The notes beneath the pieces were generated by a model. That model had not been told where the DNA came from, did not search any database, and saw only the letters and a list, made by a program, of their open reading frames with translations. A program made the translations under genes and the position numbers. DNA of 64,000 nt from a virus. The DNA is taken from IMG/VR virus record IMGVR_UViG_3300030329_005959, positions 40,266 to 104,265 of that record, one strand, 5' to 3'. Below are positions 19,576 to 29,422 of this stretch, one piece after another (positions within the stretch are counted from its first letter, which is position 1; each line of letters opens with the position of its first letter).

Positions 19576-22002
19576 ATGGGTCTAACTGATTTCAATTTAA
19601 CACCAAAAGCAAAAAAAGGGTTAAAAGACGCCAAAAAATTCGCAGAAGCCAACGGACACGCGCTTGTAACTACCGAGCACCTAATTTACGGGTGCTTAGT
19701 TAATTTATCAGATAGCTGTGCCTTAAAACTTAAAGGATATGGGGTTCCTCTTGAACAAAAGGAATTTGTTAAAATCTTCAAAGATTACGCCTCTAAAAAT
19801 ACAAAGATTTTTGAATCTACAAAGGGGCAAGGAGGCTGGCACGAAGATGTTAACGAAGTAATTCTTTTCGCCAAAGAGTTTTCCGACCAGTTTGACAGTT
19901 ACTTTATTGGTGTTGAGCACATTTTGTATGTGATTTTAGACATGGAAGGCCCGTTTATCGCGCATTTGCGGGAAAACGCCATTGATCCCCTTCACGCAAA
20001 AGATGTAATAGAAACTCATGTTTTAGAAAGTAGCATCCCCCCCACAGACCAAATAAAAAATATTTTACAGATTCAGGGTAAAAGAAATTTTTCCCTCCAA
20101 GAAGAGGAGCAGCGCCCCGTAAGCCACTTAAGCAAGTATTGCATCAATCTTAATGAACGCTTTCTAGATAAACAATCCTCTAAAATTTCAGGTAGAGACG
20201 ATGAGACTAACGAACTAATAGAAATCCTCTCCAAAAAAAATAAAAGTAACGCTATTTTGGTCGGGGAGGCTGGAGTCGGTAAAACTGCGATTGTGGAGGG
20301 GTTAGCCCAACGTATAGTTTCCCAAACGGTGCCTCCCCACATGTCCCTAATGCAAATCTGTGGGGTTGATATCAGCGCTATGGTTGCTGGCACTAAATAC
20401 AGGGGAGAGTTTGAGGAGAGATTCAAGTCCCTTATCTCAGAAGCAGAAAAAGAACCTAATATAATTTTATTTTTTGACGAAATACACACAATCATCGGAG
20501 CGGGTAATTCGGAAGGGGCCGTAGACGCATCTAATATGTTAAAACCTGCTTTAGCAAGGGGCGACATAAAATGCATAGGCGCTACTACCTCCCAAGAGTA
20601 TAAGAAGTTTTTTGAGAAGGATACAGCCATGAAAAGAAGGTTTGACAAAATCGTGGTGGAGGAACCTTCCAAAGCAGATACTAAAAAAATAGTAATGGAG
20701 GCTCTTCCTTTTTATGAGGATTTTCACCACGTTGATTACAAAGAAGAAGATATCGACACCATCCTAGATCTGGCTGAAAAATTTTTAAGCAATAAAAGGT
20801 TTCCCGATAAAGCTTTTGATTTAGTGGATCAAATCGGAGCGAGGACTAGAATCAAGTATGTCCCCGTTTCCTCTCAAATGGCTTCTGCGAGGAAAAAATT
20901 CTGTGACTTCTTAGTCAAGAACGGGGAGGACAAAGAATTAAATGAGGAACAATTTACCGTTCTCTTAAAAGATTACCTGCAAGAACTCGCGGCGAGCGGG
21001 AAACCAAAAGGACGTAAGCAAAAAATACGACAGAAGGATATAATCGCTGTCTTTACTGAAAAAACAGGCTTGTCGCCCAAGACTATTGCTAAAAACAATT
21101 CAGCGTTTATCAATTTCCCCAAACACATGAATAGTGAGATATTTGGTCAAGAAGAGAATATCGAGACCATCCATAATGCTTTGTCTTGCGCTAAAGCGGG
21201 GCTGAATGACCCCCAGAAACCACTTTCTAACTTTTTGTTTATAGGGGGCACCAGTGTAGGTAAAACTTTCACTGCTAAGAAAATAGCTAAATATTTTTAT
21301 GGCAATGAAAAGTCCTTTTTACAACTTAACATGAGCGAATACCAAGATAAAACAGCTATCTCTAAGCTTATAGGAGCCAACGCAGGTTATGTGGGTTACG
21401 AGGACGGAGGACTTTTGACAGAGTTTGTTCGTAATAACCCCAACTGTGTCGTTCTATTTGATGAGGTGGAAAAATGCGACCCTAAAATCTTGGACTTATT
21501 ACTACATATTTTGGATGAAGGTTATGCCACAGACAACTTAAATAGAGAAATTGATTTTCGAAGAACAGTTATTGTTATGACCTCTAATATTGGTCACAGC
21601 GAAAAATCTAAACGAAGTATGGGATTCGTTCCTACCCAAGAAACAGACTCGGACATTTACAAAAAATCTCTAGAAAAGCATTTGCGTCCTGAATTACTAG
21701 CCCGATTAGACGAAATACTTTTCTTTAACGAGTTAAATGATAGCCACCTTCTTAAGATTATTAACCAAGAACTTAAGCATATTGCGACTCGTCTCTTAGA
21801 TAGAGGTATCGAACTAAGCTATAACTCCAGTGTAAAAAAACTTATTTTTAATAAAGCGAAAAGGAAAAACAGTCATGCTAGGCAGATTAAAAACCTAGTT
21901 AAAAGCACTATTCAAGTTCCTCTGTCTGAGTTTATTGTAAAAAATCGCAAAATAGAGAAAATTTCTCTTAAAGTAGTTGACAAATCGCTAGCATTTATAT
22001 AA
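19576..22002 (+). CDS. ClpA/ClpC-like Hsp100 ATPase (N-domain and two AAA+ modules)
   Basis: GEAGVGKT, FFDEIH, RFPDKA, GGTSVGKT, LFDEVEK and MGF loop; start is ATG 19573 or 19576. Confidence 0.92.
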   Translation: MGLTDFNLTPKAKKGLKDAKKFAEANGHALVTTEHLIYGCLVNLSDSCALKLKGYGVPLEQKEFVKIFKDYASKNTKIFESTKGQGGWHEDVNEVILFAKEFSDQFDSYFIGVEHILYVILDMEGPFIAHLRENAIDPLHAKDVIETHVLESSIPPTDQIKNILQIQGKRNFSLQEEEQRPVSHLSKYCINLNERFLDKQSSKISGRDDETNELIEILSKKNKSNAILVGEAGVGKTAIVEGLAQRIVSQTVPPHMSLMQICGVDISAMVAGTKYRGEFEERFKSLISEAEKEPNIILFFDEIHTIIGAGNSEGAVDASNMLKPALARGDIKCIGATTSQEYKKFFEKDTAMKRRFDKIVVEEPSKADTKKIVMEALPFYEDFHHVDYKEEDIDTILDLAEKFLSNKRFPDKAFDLVDQIGARTRIKYVPVSSQMASARKKFCDFLVKNGEDKELNEEQFTVLLKDYLQELAASGKPKGRKQKIRQKDIIAVFTEKTGLSPKTIAKNNSAFINFPKHMNSEIFGQEENIETIHNALSCAKAGLNDPQKPLSNFLFIGGTSVGKTFTAKKIAKYFYGNEKSFLQLNMSEYQDKTAISKLIGANAGYVGYEDGGLLTEFVRNNPNCVVLFDEVEKCDPKILDLLLHILDEGYATDNLNREIDFRRTVIVMTSNIGHSEKSKRSMGFVPTQETDSDIYKKSLEKHLRPELLARLDEILFFNELNDSHLLKIINQELKHIATRLLDRGIELSYNSSVKKLIFNKAKRKNSHARQIKNLVKSTIQVPLSEFIVKNRKIEKISLKVVDKSLAFI

Positions 22003-22005
22003 TAT
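21977..22005 (+). promoter_or_regulatory. sigma70-like promoter for the 22012 gene (near-leaderless)
   Basis: TTGACA at 21977 and TATAAT/TAATAT at 21998-22005; ATG at 22012. Confidence 0.65.
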
Positions 22006-22011
22006 ACCCAT

Positions 22012-22236
22012 ATGAAACGAGTAAACACTAGAGTCATGAGAGCGATCCGCAACACCAAAGGTAGGTTTTTCGGTCTCTACACTTCGCAGGGTGAAACCTT
22101 GAATGCCCAGCTGTCAGGAGAAACCGATAACTACGTTAAGGTCTATGATCGCAATGCTCGCGAAGATCGCACTTTTGCTAAGACCAGCATTTGTGGGGTG
22201 CGTATCGCAGAACAAAATTTCGGCAAGGTATTTTAA
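22012..22236 (+). CDS. Small basic hypothetical protein
   Basis: 74-aa ORF with its own promoter and downstream hairpins. Confidence 0.7.
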   Translation: MKRVNTRVMRAIRNTKGRFFGLYTSQGETLNAQLSGETDNYVKVYDRNAREDRTFAKTSICGVRIAEQNFGKVF

Positions 22237-22291
22237 CCTCTGTCATACCTTACCGATATAAGAAGAAGTTGTTGCATCCTTCTTCTAAGAG

Positions 22292-22321
22292 TCAACCCCC
22301 TTGAAAAAGGGGGTTGATTTA
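22292..22321 (+). terminator. Intrinsic terminator-like hairpin
   Basis: TCAACCCCCTT-GAAA-AAGGGGGTTGA followed by T/A-rich run. Confidence 0.6.
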
Positions 22322-22333
22322 TTATTATAAGTA

Positions 22334-23398
22334 GTGAAACTCTCTTCTTTATTTAAAGACAAGGCTTATGCCTTTGCTCAGTCAGGCGACCCTGAAGACG
22401 ATTGTAAGTTCGCTACAGCTCTTCTCAAAAAAACCAACCCTGAACTTAACATAAAACATCTCGCCCTGTGGTCAGTCACGGATTATTACGATGTTTTCAT
22501 GATTTTAACTGCTAATCAAGAGCTTTTAAAATTAAAAATTTCTTTAAGTGATCCCGATCACGTTTTGGAAAAAGAAAGTGTTGTTTTAAGAAGAAGCCAT
22601 TGTCCTGCTCTCCCTATTTTGGTGGATTACGGAACAAGCAAAATAGGAGAAGAGGTTACTTATTTGTTGGCGCGTGTTCCTGCGGGAGAAAACGTGAGAA
22701 GTCAGGGCAGATCATGCTTAATAAATAATTTAGATTTATTTCTTAAGAGTTATTGGGTGTTTGCTAAAAGCCACAACGTTAAACCCACTTATAAAAAAGT
22801 CATAACTTATTTTACAAAAAATTTAATACCTCAGAATGTTTTAGGAAAAGAGTCTCTGGAGGCTTTAGAAGATTATACTGATTCTGATTTGTGCGAAAAA
22901 TTTCTCTTAGATCTCCGTGCAGATATTCTATCTCGCTTTAAAGACATACAGAAAAAACTAAACAAAAAATGTCATGCGGCCTTGTCCCTTGATTCAATTT
23001 TTTATTATGGTGGGGGTTTTTATTTTGATGAACTGCATAATGTTTGTATGGGTCATCCTTATATAGACTTTTGTGATATGGTGATTGAATCAGGCAGTCC
23101 TCCCGAAAATGATATTTATTTATGGAAACAATTTTGTGACAGCGGCTCTTTCCCGCAGGACAGAGATCTGTATGATAAGATTTATCAACTATGCCTAAGA
23201 AAAAAGCTCGCTGATTTATTAATTTCATACATCAAAGAGGTTTATGTTTATGATTCTTTTCGATACGAAGAAATCTTCCATGTAGCTGATAGCTTTTCCC
23301 ATGCCTATACTCGATTCCAAGAGATAGAATCTTTCTCAGAAAACAAAGATTTCATCATGAAAACGATTTGCGAGCCTATTTTTGGTGTAAAAGCATAG
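22334..23398 (+). CDS. APH/choline-kinase-like fold protein with degenerate active site
   Basis: LKLKI...EKE, CHAALSLDSIF (HGD-like position), FDE and GHPYIDF. Confidence 0.5.
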   Translation: MKLSSLFKDKAYAFAQSGDPEDDCKFATALLKKTNPELNIKHLALWSVTDYYDVFMILTANQELLKLKISLSDPDHVLEKESVVLRRSHCPALPILVDYGTSKIGEEVTYLLARVPAGENVRSQGRSCLINNLDLFLKSYWVFAKSHNVKPTYKKVITYFTKNLIPQNVLGKESLEALEDYTDSDLCEKFLLDLRADILSRFKDIQKKLNKKCHAALSLDSIFYYGGGFYFDELHNVCMGHPYIDFCDMVIESGSPPENDIYLWKQFCDSGSFPQDRDLYDKIYQLCLRKKLADLLISYIKEVYVYDSFRYEEIFHVADSFSHAYTRFQEIESFSENKDFIMKTICEPIFGVKA

Positions 23399-23400
23399 GT

Positions 23401-23613
23401 ATGCCCCTCCCCTCTCCAAGAGACAAAGAGAAACGTTCTGACTTTATGAACAGATGTATGCTTGATCTTGCGGGTAAAGAGGAGTTTAAGGACAACAAAC
23501 AAAGAGCCGCTGTCTGCTATTCTCAGTTTAAGAAAGGGGCCAGTAAAGCCTCTGCAATAGTTGACGATGATGATGAGACTTTTTATTGTTTTTTAAAGGA
23601 GCCAAACAAATAA
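23401..23613 (+). CDS. Small conserved phage protein
   Basis: MPLPSP...FMNRCM...KQRAAVCYSQF; GTGTAA motif 10 nt upstream. Confidence 0.7.
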   Translation: MPLPSPRDKEKRSDFMNRCMLDLAGKEEFKDNKQRAAVCYSQFKKGASKASAIVDDDDETFYCFLKEPNK

Positions 23614-23623
23614 CCAAAGAAAA

Positions 23624-23965
23624 ATGCCCGAAAACAAAGAAACCAAATCAATTGACAGCAAGTTCTTAATCTCTTTAGGTATCGGGCTTGCTGTTCAAGC
23701 AGCGGGAATTGTATGGTGGGCTAGCAACTTACAAAGTTCTGTGCAGCATAACGATTACCAGCTCCAGATGTTAAAAAAGGATGTCGATGCTCACGCAATT
23801 TTTGTCCGCGACTGGCCAGCTGGCAAATGGGGTAGCGGAAGTCTCCCAGATGACGTAAAACAAAATTTAAAAATTTCGATGCTAGAGCTTGATGTGGAGA
23901 AGATTATGGAAAAGCTGTATAACGGCAGTCACTCTCCCCCTCCACAAGCCTCCAAAAATAATTGA
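23624..23965 (+). CDS. Single-pass membrane protein with coiled coil
   Basis: Hydrophobic stretch FLISLGIGLAVQAAGIVWW. Confidence 0.65.
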   Translation: MPENKETKSIDSKFLISLGIGLAVQAAGIVWWASNLQSSVQHNDYQLQMLKKDVDAHAIFVRDWPAGKWGSGSLPDDVKQNLKISMLELDVEKIMEKLYNGSHSPPPQASKNN

Positions 23966-23994
23966 ATTTCATTCTGTGATACATACAATCTTAC

Positions 23995-24501
23995 ATGATT
24001 GTTCAGTATTATAAGCCTAATTCCAAGAACACGGGATGCGCCTTCAGTTTCGATATTGGAGCTAACAATAAAAACCAAGAGCCCTGTGTCTACGTCAGGG
24101 CGGTAAAGCAATATTCTTGGGATAGCTCTAAGAGGAGTGGTTCTTTTTCAGGTAATGCTAAAGATCCAGAAAAATCTATTTCTATTAAATTAAATGAGAT
24201 TGAGGTGGGAGGACTTATAAATGCAGTCACTAACTATAAGGAATTTTCTGCCTTTCATTCCTACGAGGACAACAAAACAAGTATTTCCTTTAAGCCTTAT
24301 ACCAAAAAAGATGGCACAGAGGCTTTTTCTTTCGGGGTAACTCGTAATTCTAGCAACAAATTCGGCATTGGAGTAGAAATGTCTGAAGCTTATGGGTTAC
24401 TTGAATTTTGTAAATTTTTTCTTTCAGAACTTTATATCTGTAGGTTGCAAAATAATTTGAAACAACGAAAACTAACCGATCTTCGGTCGAGTGGGGTCTG
24501 A
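23995..24501 (+). CDS. Putative Whirly/PC4-like ssDNA-binding protein
   Basis: YK..., KQYSW, IKLNEIEVGGLI, FH and E..GL helix pattern resembles Whirly. Confidence 0.45.
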   Translation: MIVQYYKPNSKNTGCAFSFDIGANNKNQEPCVYVRAVKQYSWDSSKRSGSFSGNAKDPEKSISIKLNEIEVGGLINAVTNYKEFSAFHSYEDNKTSISFKPYTKKDGTEAFSFGVTRNSSNKFGIGVEMSEAYGLLEFCKFFLSELYICRLQNNLKQRKLTDLRSSGV

Positions 24502-24544
24502 TATCACAAGCTACACTATATTCTGAATCACAAAAAACTCTCTC

Positions 24545-26437
24545 ATGAGTAAAAAAACAGTCTTAATACATTCTAATTTTTGTAGGGCTTTTACTGGATT
24601 CGGTAAAAACAAAAAAAATATTATGCGGTATCTTTTTAATACTGGCAAATATAATCTTGTGGAGTTAGCTAATGGGATTCATTGGGATGATCCCGTGACC
24701 CAAACTCTTCCGTGGACATGCCGAGGCTCTCTATCACCTCCTCAAGAGTTAAACAACTTAAACCCAGAAGAAAAACGGGCTGCGGGTTATGGAGCCAAGC
24801 TTGTAGATCGGGCCATAAAAGAATTTAAGCCTGATGTTTATATAGGCATAGAAGACATTTGGGCGTTTAATAATTTTCACAGAAAGTCATGGTGGAATAA
24901 AGTTAACACCATGATTTGGACTACATTAGACAGCCTTCCTATCTTACCTCAAGCGGTGGAGTATGCCCCTAAAATAAAAAACTATTATGTGTGGTCTTCT
25001 TTCGCTGAAGAAGCTTTTAAGAAAAAAGGTTATACTCACATTAAAACTCTGCGAGGATCTTTAGAGGGCTCTAATTTTTTTAGAATGCCTGATGAAAAAC
25101 GAGCGGAACTTAGGGAAGCTCATAAACTAAATGACCAGTATCTGGTAGGGTTTGTTTTCCGTAATCAATTAAGAAAAAGTGTTCCGAATCTTTTGGAGGG
25201 TTTTAAAATCTTCAAAGAAAAAGAGCCCAAAGCAAAACTCCTTCTCCACACTCATTGGTCTGAAGGGTGGGATATACCTCGATTGCTTGCAGAAAAACAG
25301 ATAAATCATGTCGATGTATTAACAACTTATGTCTGCTCGAAATGCGGCTCTTACGAAGTGCGTCCCTTTTCAGGTCAAGGACAGAAGTGCAACAAATGTC
25401 GTTCTGAAGGGACGGTCAATACCACCAATCCAAGCAGGGGGGTCACTGAAGAACAATTAAACGAAATTTACAATCTTATGGATGTTTATTGCCACCCCTT
25501 TACTAGCGGAGGTCAAGAGATACCCATCCAAGAAGCTAAACTAACCGAACTTATAACCCTAGTCACTAATTATTCTTGTGGAGAAGACACTTGCACTTCA
25601 GATTCAGGAGGGCTCCCCTTGGAGTGGAGTGAATACAGGGAGCCTGGGACTCAGTTTATTAAAGCTTCCACTTCCGCTCAAAGTATCGCAGACCAATTAA
25701 CTAAGGTGCATGGACTAGAAGAAGAAGAAAAAAAAGAGTGGGGCCGCAAAGCTCGGCAATGGACTATTGATAATTTTTCCGTTGAGGTAATAGGGAAGAA
25801 ACTAGAAGAGATAATCGACGCCATGCCTGATGTAGATTATGATTATGACAGTGCGAGCATTCTTAAATTTGATCCAAGTTATGAACCAAAAGCCCACTAC
25901 CCAGAATCTAAAAATTTTATTATAGATATCTATAAAAATATTTTAAAGGAAGACGTTGATGAAAATTCTGAAGGTTTTAAGCATTGGCTTAATGAATTAA
26001 ACAATGGGAAAACCGCTACCGAAATTGTAAATCATTTTAGGAAAGTGGCCATGGATGAAAACAATAAAACAAATCTTCCTGATCTTTCCTCTCTACTTGG
26101 AGATAGCGACAAAGGAAAAAGGATTGCTGTTGTAATACCGCAAAGCGAAACGGATGTATTTCTAGTAAATTCTCTCTTGAAAAACCTCAAGAAACAACAT
26201 AAGAACTACAACCTTTATATTTTTACGCAGCCTCAATACTTTAGTTATATAGACGATAATCCTTATATTCACAAAATAATGCCTTATTCTCCTGTTTTGG
26301 AAAATTCTTTTTTAATGGAAGGGGCTGGTGACCATGAGGGATTTTTTGAAATGGTTTTTTATCCACATACAACGACACAAAAACAAGCGTCTTATATGCA
26401 TAACGGTTTAAATAAACACCAATTTTCTCTTCGTTAG
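24545..26437 (+). CDS. GT4-like glycosyltransferase with Zn-ribbon insert and C-terminal GT9-like domain
   Basis: TGFG, RNQLRK, LNEIYNLMDVY, GGQEIPIQEA; CxxC...CxxC insert. Confidence 0.8.
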   Translation: MSKKTVLIHSNFCRAFTGFGKNKKNIMRYLFNTGKYNLVELANGIHWDDPVTQTLPWTCRGSLSPPQELNNLNPEEKRAAGYGAKLVDRAIKEFKPDVYIGIEDIWAFNNFHRKSWWNKVNTMIWTTLDSLPILPQAVEYAPKIKNYYVWSSFAEEAFKKKGYTHIKTLRGSLEGSNFFRMPDEKRAELREAHKLNDQYLVGFVFRNQLRKSVPNLLEGFKIFKEKEPKAKLLLHTHWSEGWDIPRLLAEKQINHVDVLTTYVCSKCGSYEVRPFSGQGQKCNKCRSEGTVNTTNPSRGVTEEQLNEIYNLMDVYCHPFTSGGQEIPIQEAKLTELITLVTNYSCGEDTCTSDSGGLPLEWSEYREPGTQFIKASTSAQSIADQLTKVHGLEEEEKKEWGRKARQWTIDNFSVEVIGKKLEEIIDAMPDVDYDYDSASILKFDPSYEPKAHYPESKNFIIDIYKNILKEDVDENSEGFKHWLNELNNGKTATEIVNHFRKVAMDENNKTNLPDLSSLLGDSDKGKRIAVVIPQSETDVFLVNSLLKNLKKQHKNYNLYIFTQPQYFSYIDDNPYIHKIMPYSPVLENSFLMEGAGDHEGFFEMVFYPHTTTQKQASYMHNGLNKHQFSLR

Positions 26438-26439
26438 TT

Positions 26440-27582
26440 ATGTCTCACTTACTAGAAGAATATGCCAAAAATTTAGGAGTGAAAATTTCCACTCCTATTG
26501 TGAAGGATCACTTTTTCCCTTTGGTGGCGCAGAAATACATCACACTCTCTAATGATGACGTTGTTGAGTCCAAACATTATCCTGATTACGATATTGTATT
26601 AAATTTGCTCCGACCGTTCCTGCAACATGAAAACATCAAAGTTATCCAACTTGGGGGTAAATCAAAAATAGAAGGAGTGGATGCTGCTTTAAACCTCTCT
26701 TTCAAACAGCAAAGTTTTATTATCTCTAGGTCTTTACTGCATGTGGGATCTGATAGTGTATTGAATCATCTGGCAAGCTCCAAACAAATACCTACAGTTA
26801 ACATATTTGGTAATACCTTCCCTGAAATTAATCGACCTATTTTCTCTAGATCCTCTTCTAATATAAATTTAACTCCAGTGTGGGACAAGAAACCGTGTTT
26901 TATCAACATCGACCCTAAAAACCAAATAAATACCATCAAACCTGAGGAGATAGCGGGAAGCATATTAGATTTATTAAAAATAGACAAAAAACAACTTACT
27001 TTTAAAACTCTTTTTGTCGGGAAACATTTTAAACAGAAAATCCTAGAGGTTGTCCCTACTGTTTTCGCGCCCCTTAAACTCGCCGCAAATCAAATACCTT
27101 TAATACGAGCTGATTATGGCTTCGATGAGGATTCGTTTTTAAAGTTTTGTCAAAGCTACAAAGTATCTGTTTACTTAGACAAACTTATTCAGCCACAAGC
27201 TTTAACCAATATAGCAGCTAACATTCAAAGTCTTTCTATTTTTGTAGACTCTACTTGGGACACTATCCCCGACAAATATTTTAAAATATTAAAAGACTTG
27301 CAGATTGAATGTATTCTTTTTGTTAAAAACGAAAAAGAAATAGCTGCGATACGCAACAAATATTTTGATGTCCCCGTGCGCCCTTACCTTCCAGAAAAAA
27401 AACCCCCATGCACTGTTAGCGATGGGTCTAGGTTTATTTGTGATAAACGCATAGTCGAAGGCTCCAAAGAGTATTTAAGTTACGCTCATTGGAAAAAAGG
27501 GCTTGACAGAAACAACGAAGTGATAGATACTCCTGAATATTGGAGAGAATCAGATCACTTTTATATTTATGAGTCAGACTAA
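26440..27582 (+). CDS. GT9-like glycosyltransferase
   Basis: KHYPDY, VIQLGG and LHVGSDSVLNHLASS...PTVNIFG. Confidence 0.7.
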   Translation: MSHLLEEYAKNLGVKISTPIVKDHFFPLVAQKYITLSNDDVVESKHYPDYDIVLNLLRPFLQHENIKVIQLGGKSKIEGVDAALNLSFKQQSFIISRSLLHVGSDSVLNHLASSKQIPTVNIFGNTFPEINRPIFSRSSSNINLTPVWDKKPCFINIDPKNQINTIKPEEIAGSILDLLKIDKKQLTFKTLFVGKHFKQKILEVVPTVFAPLKLAANQIPLIRADYGFDEDSFLKFCQSYKVSVYLDKLIQPQALTNIAANIQSLSIFVDSTWDTIPDKYFKILKDLQIECILFVKNEKEIAAIRNKYFDVPVRPYLPEKKPPCTVSDGSRFICDKRIVEGSKEYLSYAHWKKGLDRNNEVIDTPEYWRESDHFYIYESD

Positions 27583-28345
27583 AACAGCCAAAAAGAAGGC
27601 AGCAAAGAAGTTCTACGGTCCCGATGTTTATAAGCGTAACAGCCACGGGTTGTTAGAAAACGCGGAGTATATCTTTAACGAAGATGGCTCTGTAAACTGG
27701 AGGGCGATGATCAAGCCTGAGTTTCTTTACCCTAACAAGGGGTGGTTCGATTCTCGTAATCAACCTGTGCCGACATCTCCAGAGGGTTTAGAAGATAAGC
27801 AGCTACTTATTATGCTTGGAGGTATCAAGGAGCTAGCTAAAATGCGCGGGTATTCTACGGTTGCTTTTGACGTAGTTCACTCTTCAGATGGTTATGTCAC
27901 TGCTAAATGCATGATAAACTGGAATAAAAACTACGAAACACAAGATGAGGTTGTTTATGAAGACTACGCGAATGCCACTCTTTCTAATACAGATAGTTTT
28001 TGCGCTAAGTTCTTAGAAACGATTGCCTGTAATCGTGCTTTTGTTCGTTGCGTCCGCAACTATTTGAATATCCACATTGTAGGCGCAGATGAAATAGATA
28101 AATCCCAAGCCAGCGCTCAATCCTATGAGTCCGATGCTGTCGCTACTCCTATCACCCCTGTAGACCTCTTGGAAAAGACCCTTAGGGAGAAGCATAATGT
28201 TGATTCCTTTGAGGGGTGCAAGAATGTTCTCAGAGATCTGTGGAAGACTGAAAGCTACAGGAACGAAAAGGCTAAGGAGTGGTCTTGCTTCAAAGACATC
28301 CCCGCTAAAGAAGCTCGCAAGCTAATTGTTGTCTTAAATAAATGA
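27569..28345 (+). CDS. Putative ssDNA annealing protein (Rad52/Sak/Erf-like)
   Basis: LGGIKELAKMRGY...LETIACNRAFVRCVRNYLNI...GADE pattern. Confidence 0.45.
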   Translation: MSQTKTAKKKAAKKFYGPDVYKRNSHGLLENAEYIFNEDGSVNWRAMIKPEFLYPNKGWFDSRNQPVPTSPEGLEDKQLLIMLGGIKELAKMRGYSTVAFDVVHSSDGYVTAKCMINWNKNYETQDEVVYEDYANATLSNTDSFCAKFLETIACNRAFVRCVRNYLNIHIVGADEIDKSQASAQSYESDAVATPITPVDLLEKTLREKHNVDSFEGCKNVLRDLWKTESYRNEKAKEWSCFKDIPAKEARKLIVVLNK

Positions 28346-28800
28346 TTAAGAGATTAACAAATCCTTCTGAATTCAAAAGGGCTTTAGATGACATTTTTGA
28401 TCTTTTCGAATATGAAAATGAAAATCAAGGTCACCAGTTTTTGAGGCATAACAAAGAACACATTTCCAATTCTTTTGCACATCAAAAAGTGTTAGTTTGG
28501 GATTTTTTTGTGTGGGCTAATTTAAATGAACATAATAAATATGATGCCACAATCGCTTTTTTAAACCAAAAAAACGAAAAATTTGGAGAGGAGATTTTTT
28601 CAGAATATATTTGGATGTCAGCGAATCCCAATGTAGGCTACAAACTCTTAGCCACAGCGTTAAAATTCGCCAAAGAAAAAGAATTCAAACATGTGACCAT
28701 GACTTGCGCTATGCGGCACCCAAAAGCAGAGAAAATAGGTCGCTTCTATGAAAAAATGGGTTTCGTAAAAGATTCTGAAACCTATATAGTCAAGCTATGA
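28342..28800 (+). CDS. GNAT-fold acetyltransferase
   Basis: VGYKLL...FYEKMGF. Confidence 0.65.
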   Translation: MIKRLTNPSEFKRALDDIFDLFEYENENQGHQFLRHNKEHISNSFAHQKVLVWDFFVWANLNEHNKYDATIAFLNQKNEKFGEEIFSEYIWMSANPNVGYKLLATALKFAKEKEFKHVTMTCAMRHPKAEKIGRFYEKMGFVKDSETYIVKL

Positions 28801-28994
28801 ACAATAAAATAGCCAGAGAATTAAGAAAGCTTTGCGATCCTGTAGATCCAGTATCTACAAGAGTTTACCGACGTTTAAAAAAACAATACAAGAAACTACC
28901 CCACCATGCCAGAAGAGACTTTATCGACCTCCTTAGACAAACAACCTTCAAATTGGACGAAGAACAAGGTGGGAGCCTTTTGGATAAAGACTAA
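28797..28994 (+). CDS. Small basic hypothetical protein
   Basis: 65-aa ORF with ATGA overlap to the upstream gene. Confidence 0.5.
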   Translation: MNNKIARELRKLCDPVDPVSTRVYRRLKKQYKKLPHHARRDFIDLLRQTTFKLDEEQGGSLLDKD

Positions 28995-29136
28995 AGAAAA
29001 TGGTCGAAGTTACCTTTCAGGTAATATCGAAATCAATGGTAAGTCGGTGCCTTGTTTAATCTTTAAAAATGATTATCAAGAGGGCAACACTCCGCACTTT
29101 CATATCTACGCTGTCGATCAAACAACAGCTAAATAA
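28906..29136 (+). CDS. DUF736-like small beta protein
   Basis: VGAFWIK...YLSG.I...FKN...P.F.I pattern. Confidence 0.6.
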   Translation: MPEETLSTSLDKQPSNWTKNKVGAFWIKTKENGRSYLSGNIEINGKSVPCLIFKNDYQEGNTPHFHIYAVDQTTAK

Positions 29137-29422
29137 TTTCGTTTTCTTCTCTTTCTTCTCGGACTGATTCTGGCTGATATTGTTCACGCCAGTCTTGATA
29201 ATCTGCTTCTGATTCCAGAGCGAGCTTTTCATCATCGCTTAGGGTCATGCCATCGTCCTCTATTAAGAGATACGATCCTCCTTGATCGCTTTCAGAGACT
29301 TCCCAACCATACATGAATTCTGATTCATCTTCTTCCTTCTTAGGTCGCCCCAATTTTTCCTCCCAAAGCTCTCTGCTTCTTTGTTCGGCACCATCAATAT
29401 TTTCGAATTTTAAATATCTCAT
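29129..29422 (-). CDS. Small acidic protein downstream of the tail fibre/lectin genes (possible chaperone)
   Basis: 97-aa ORF coupled to the upstream gene. Confidence 0.6.
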   Translation of the reverse strand: MRYLKFENIDGAEQRSRELWEEKLGRPKKEEDESEFMYGWEVSESDQGGSYLLIEDDGMTLSDDEKLALESEADYQDWREQYQPESVREEREENEII

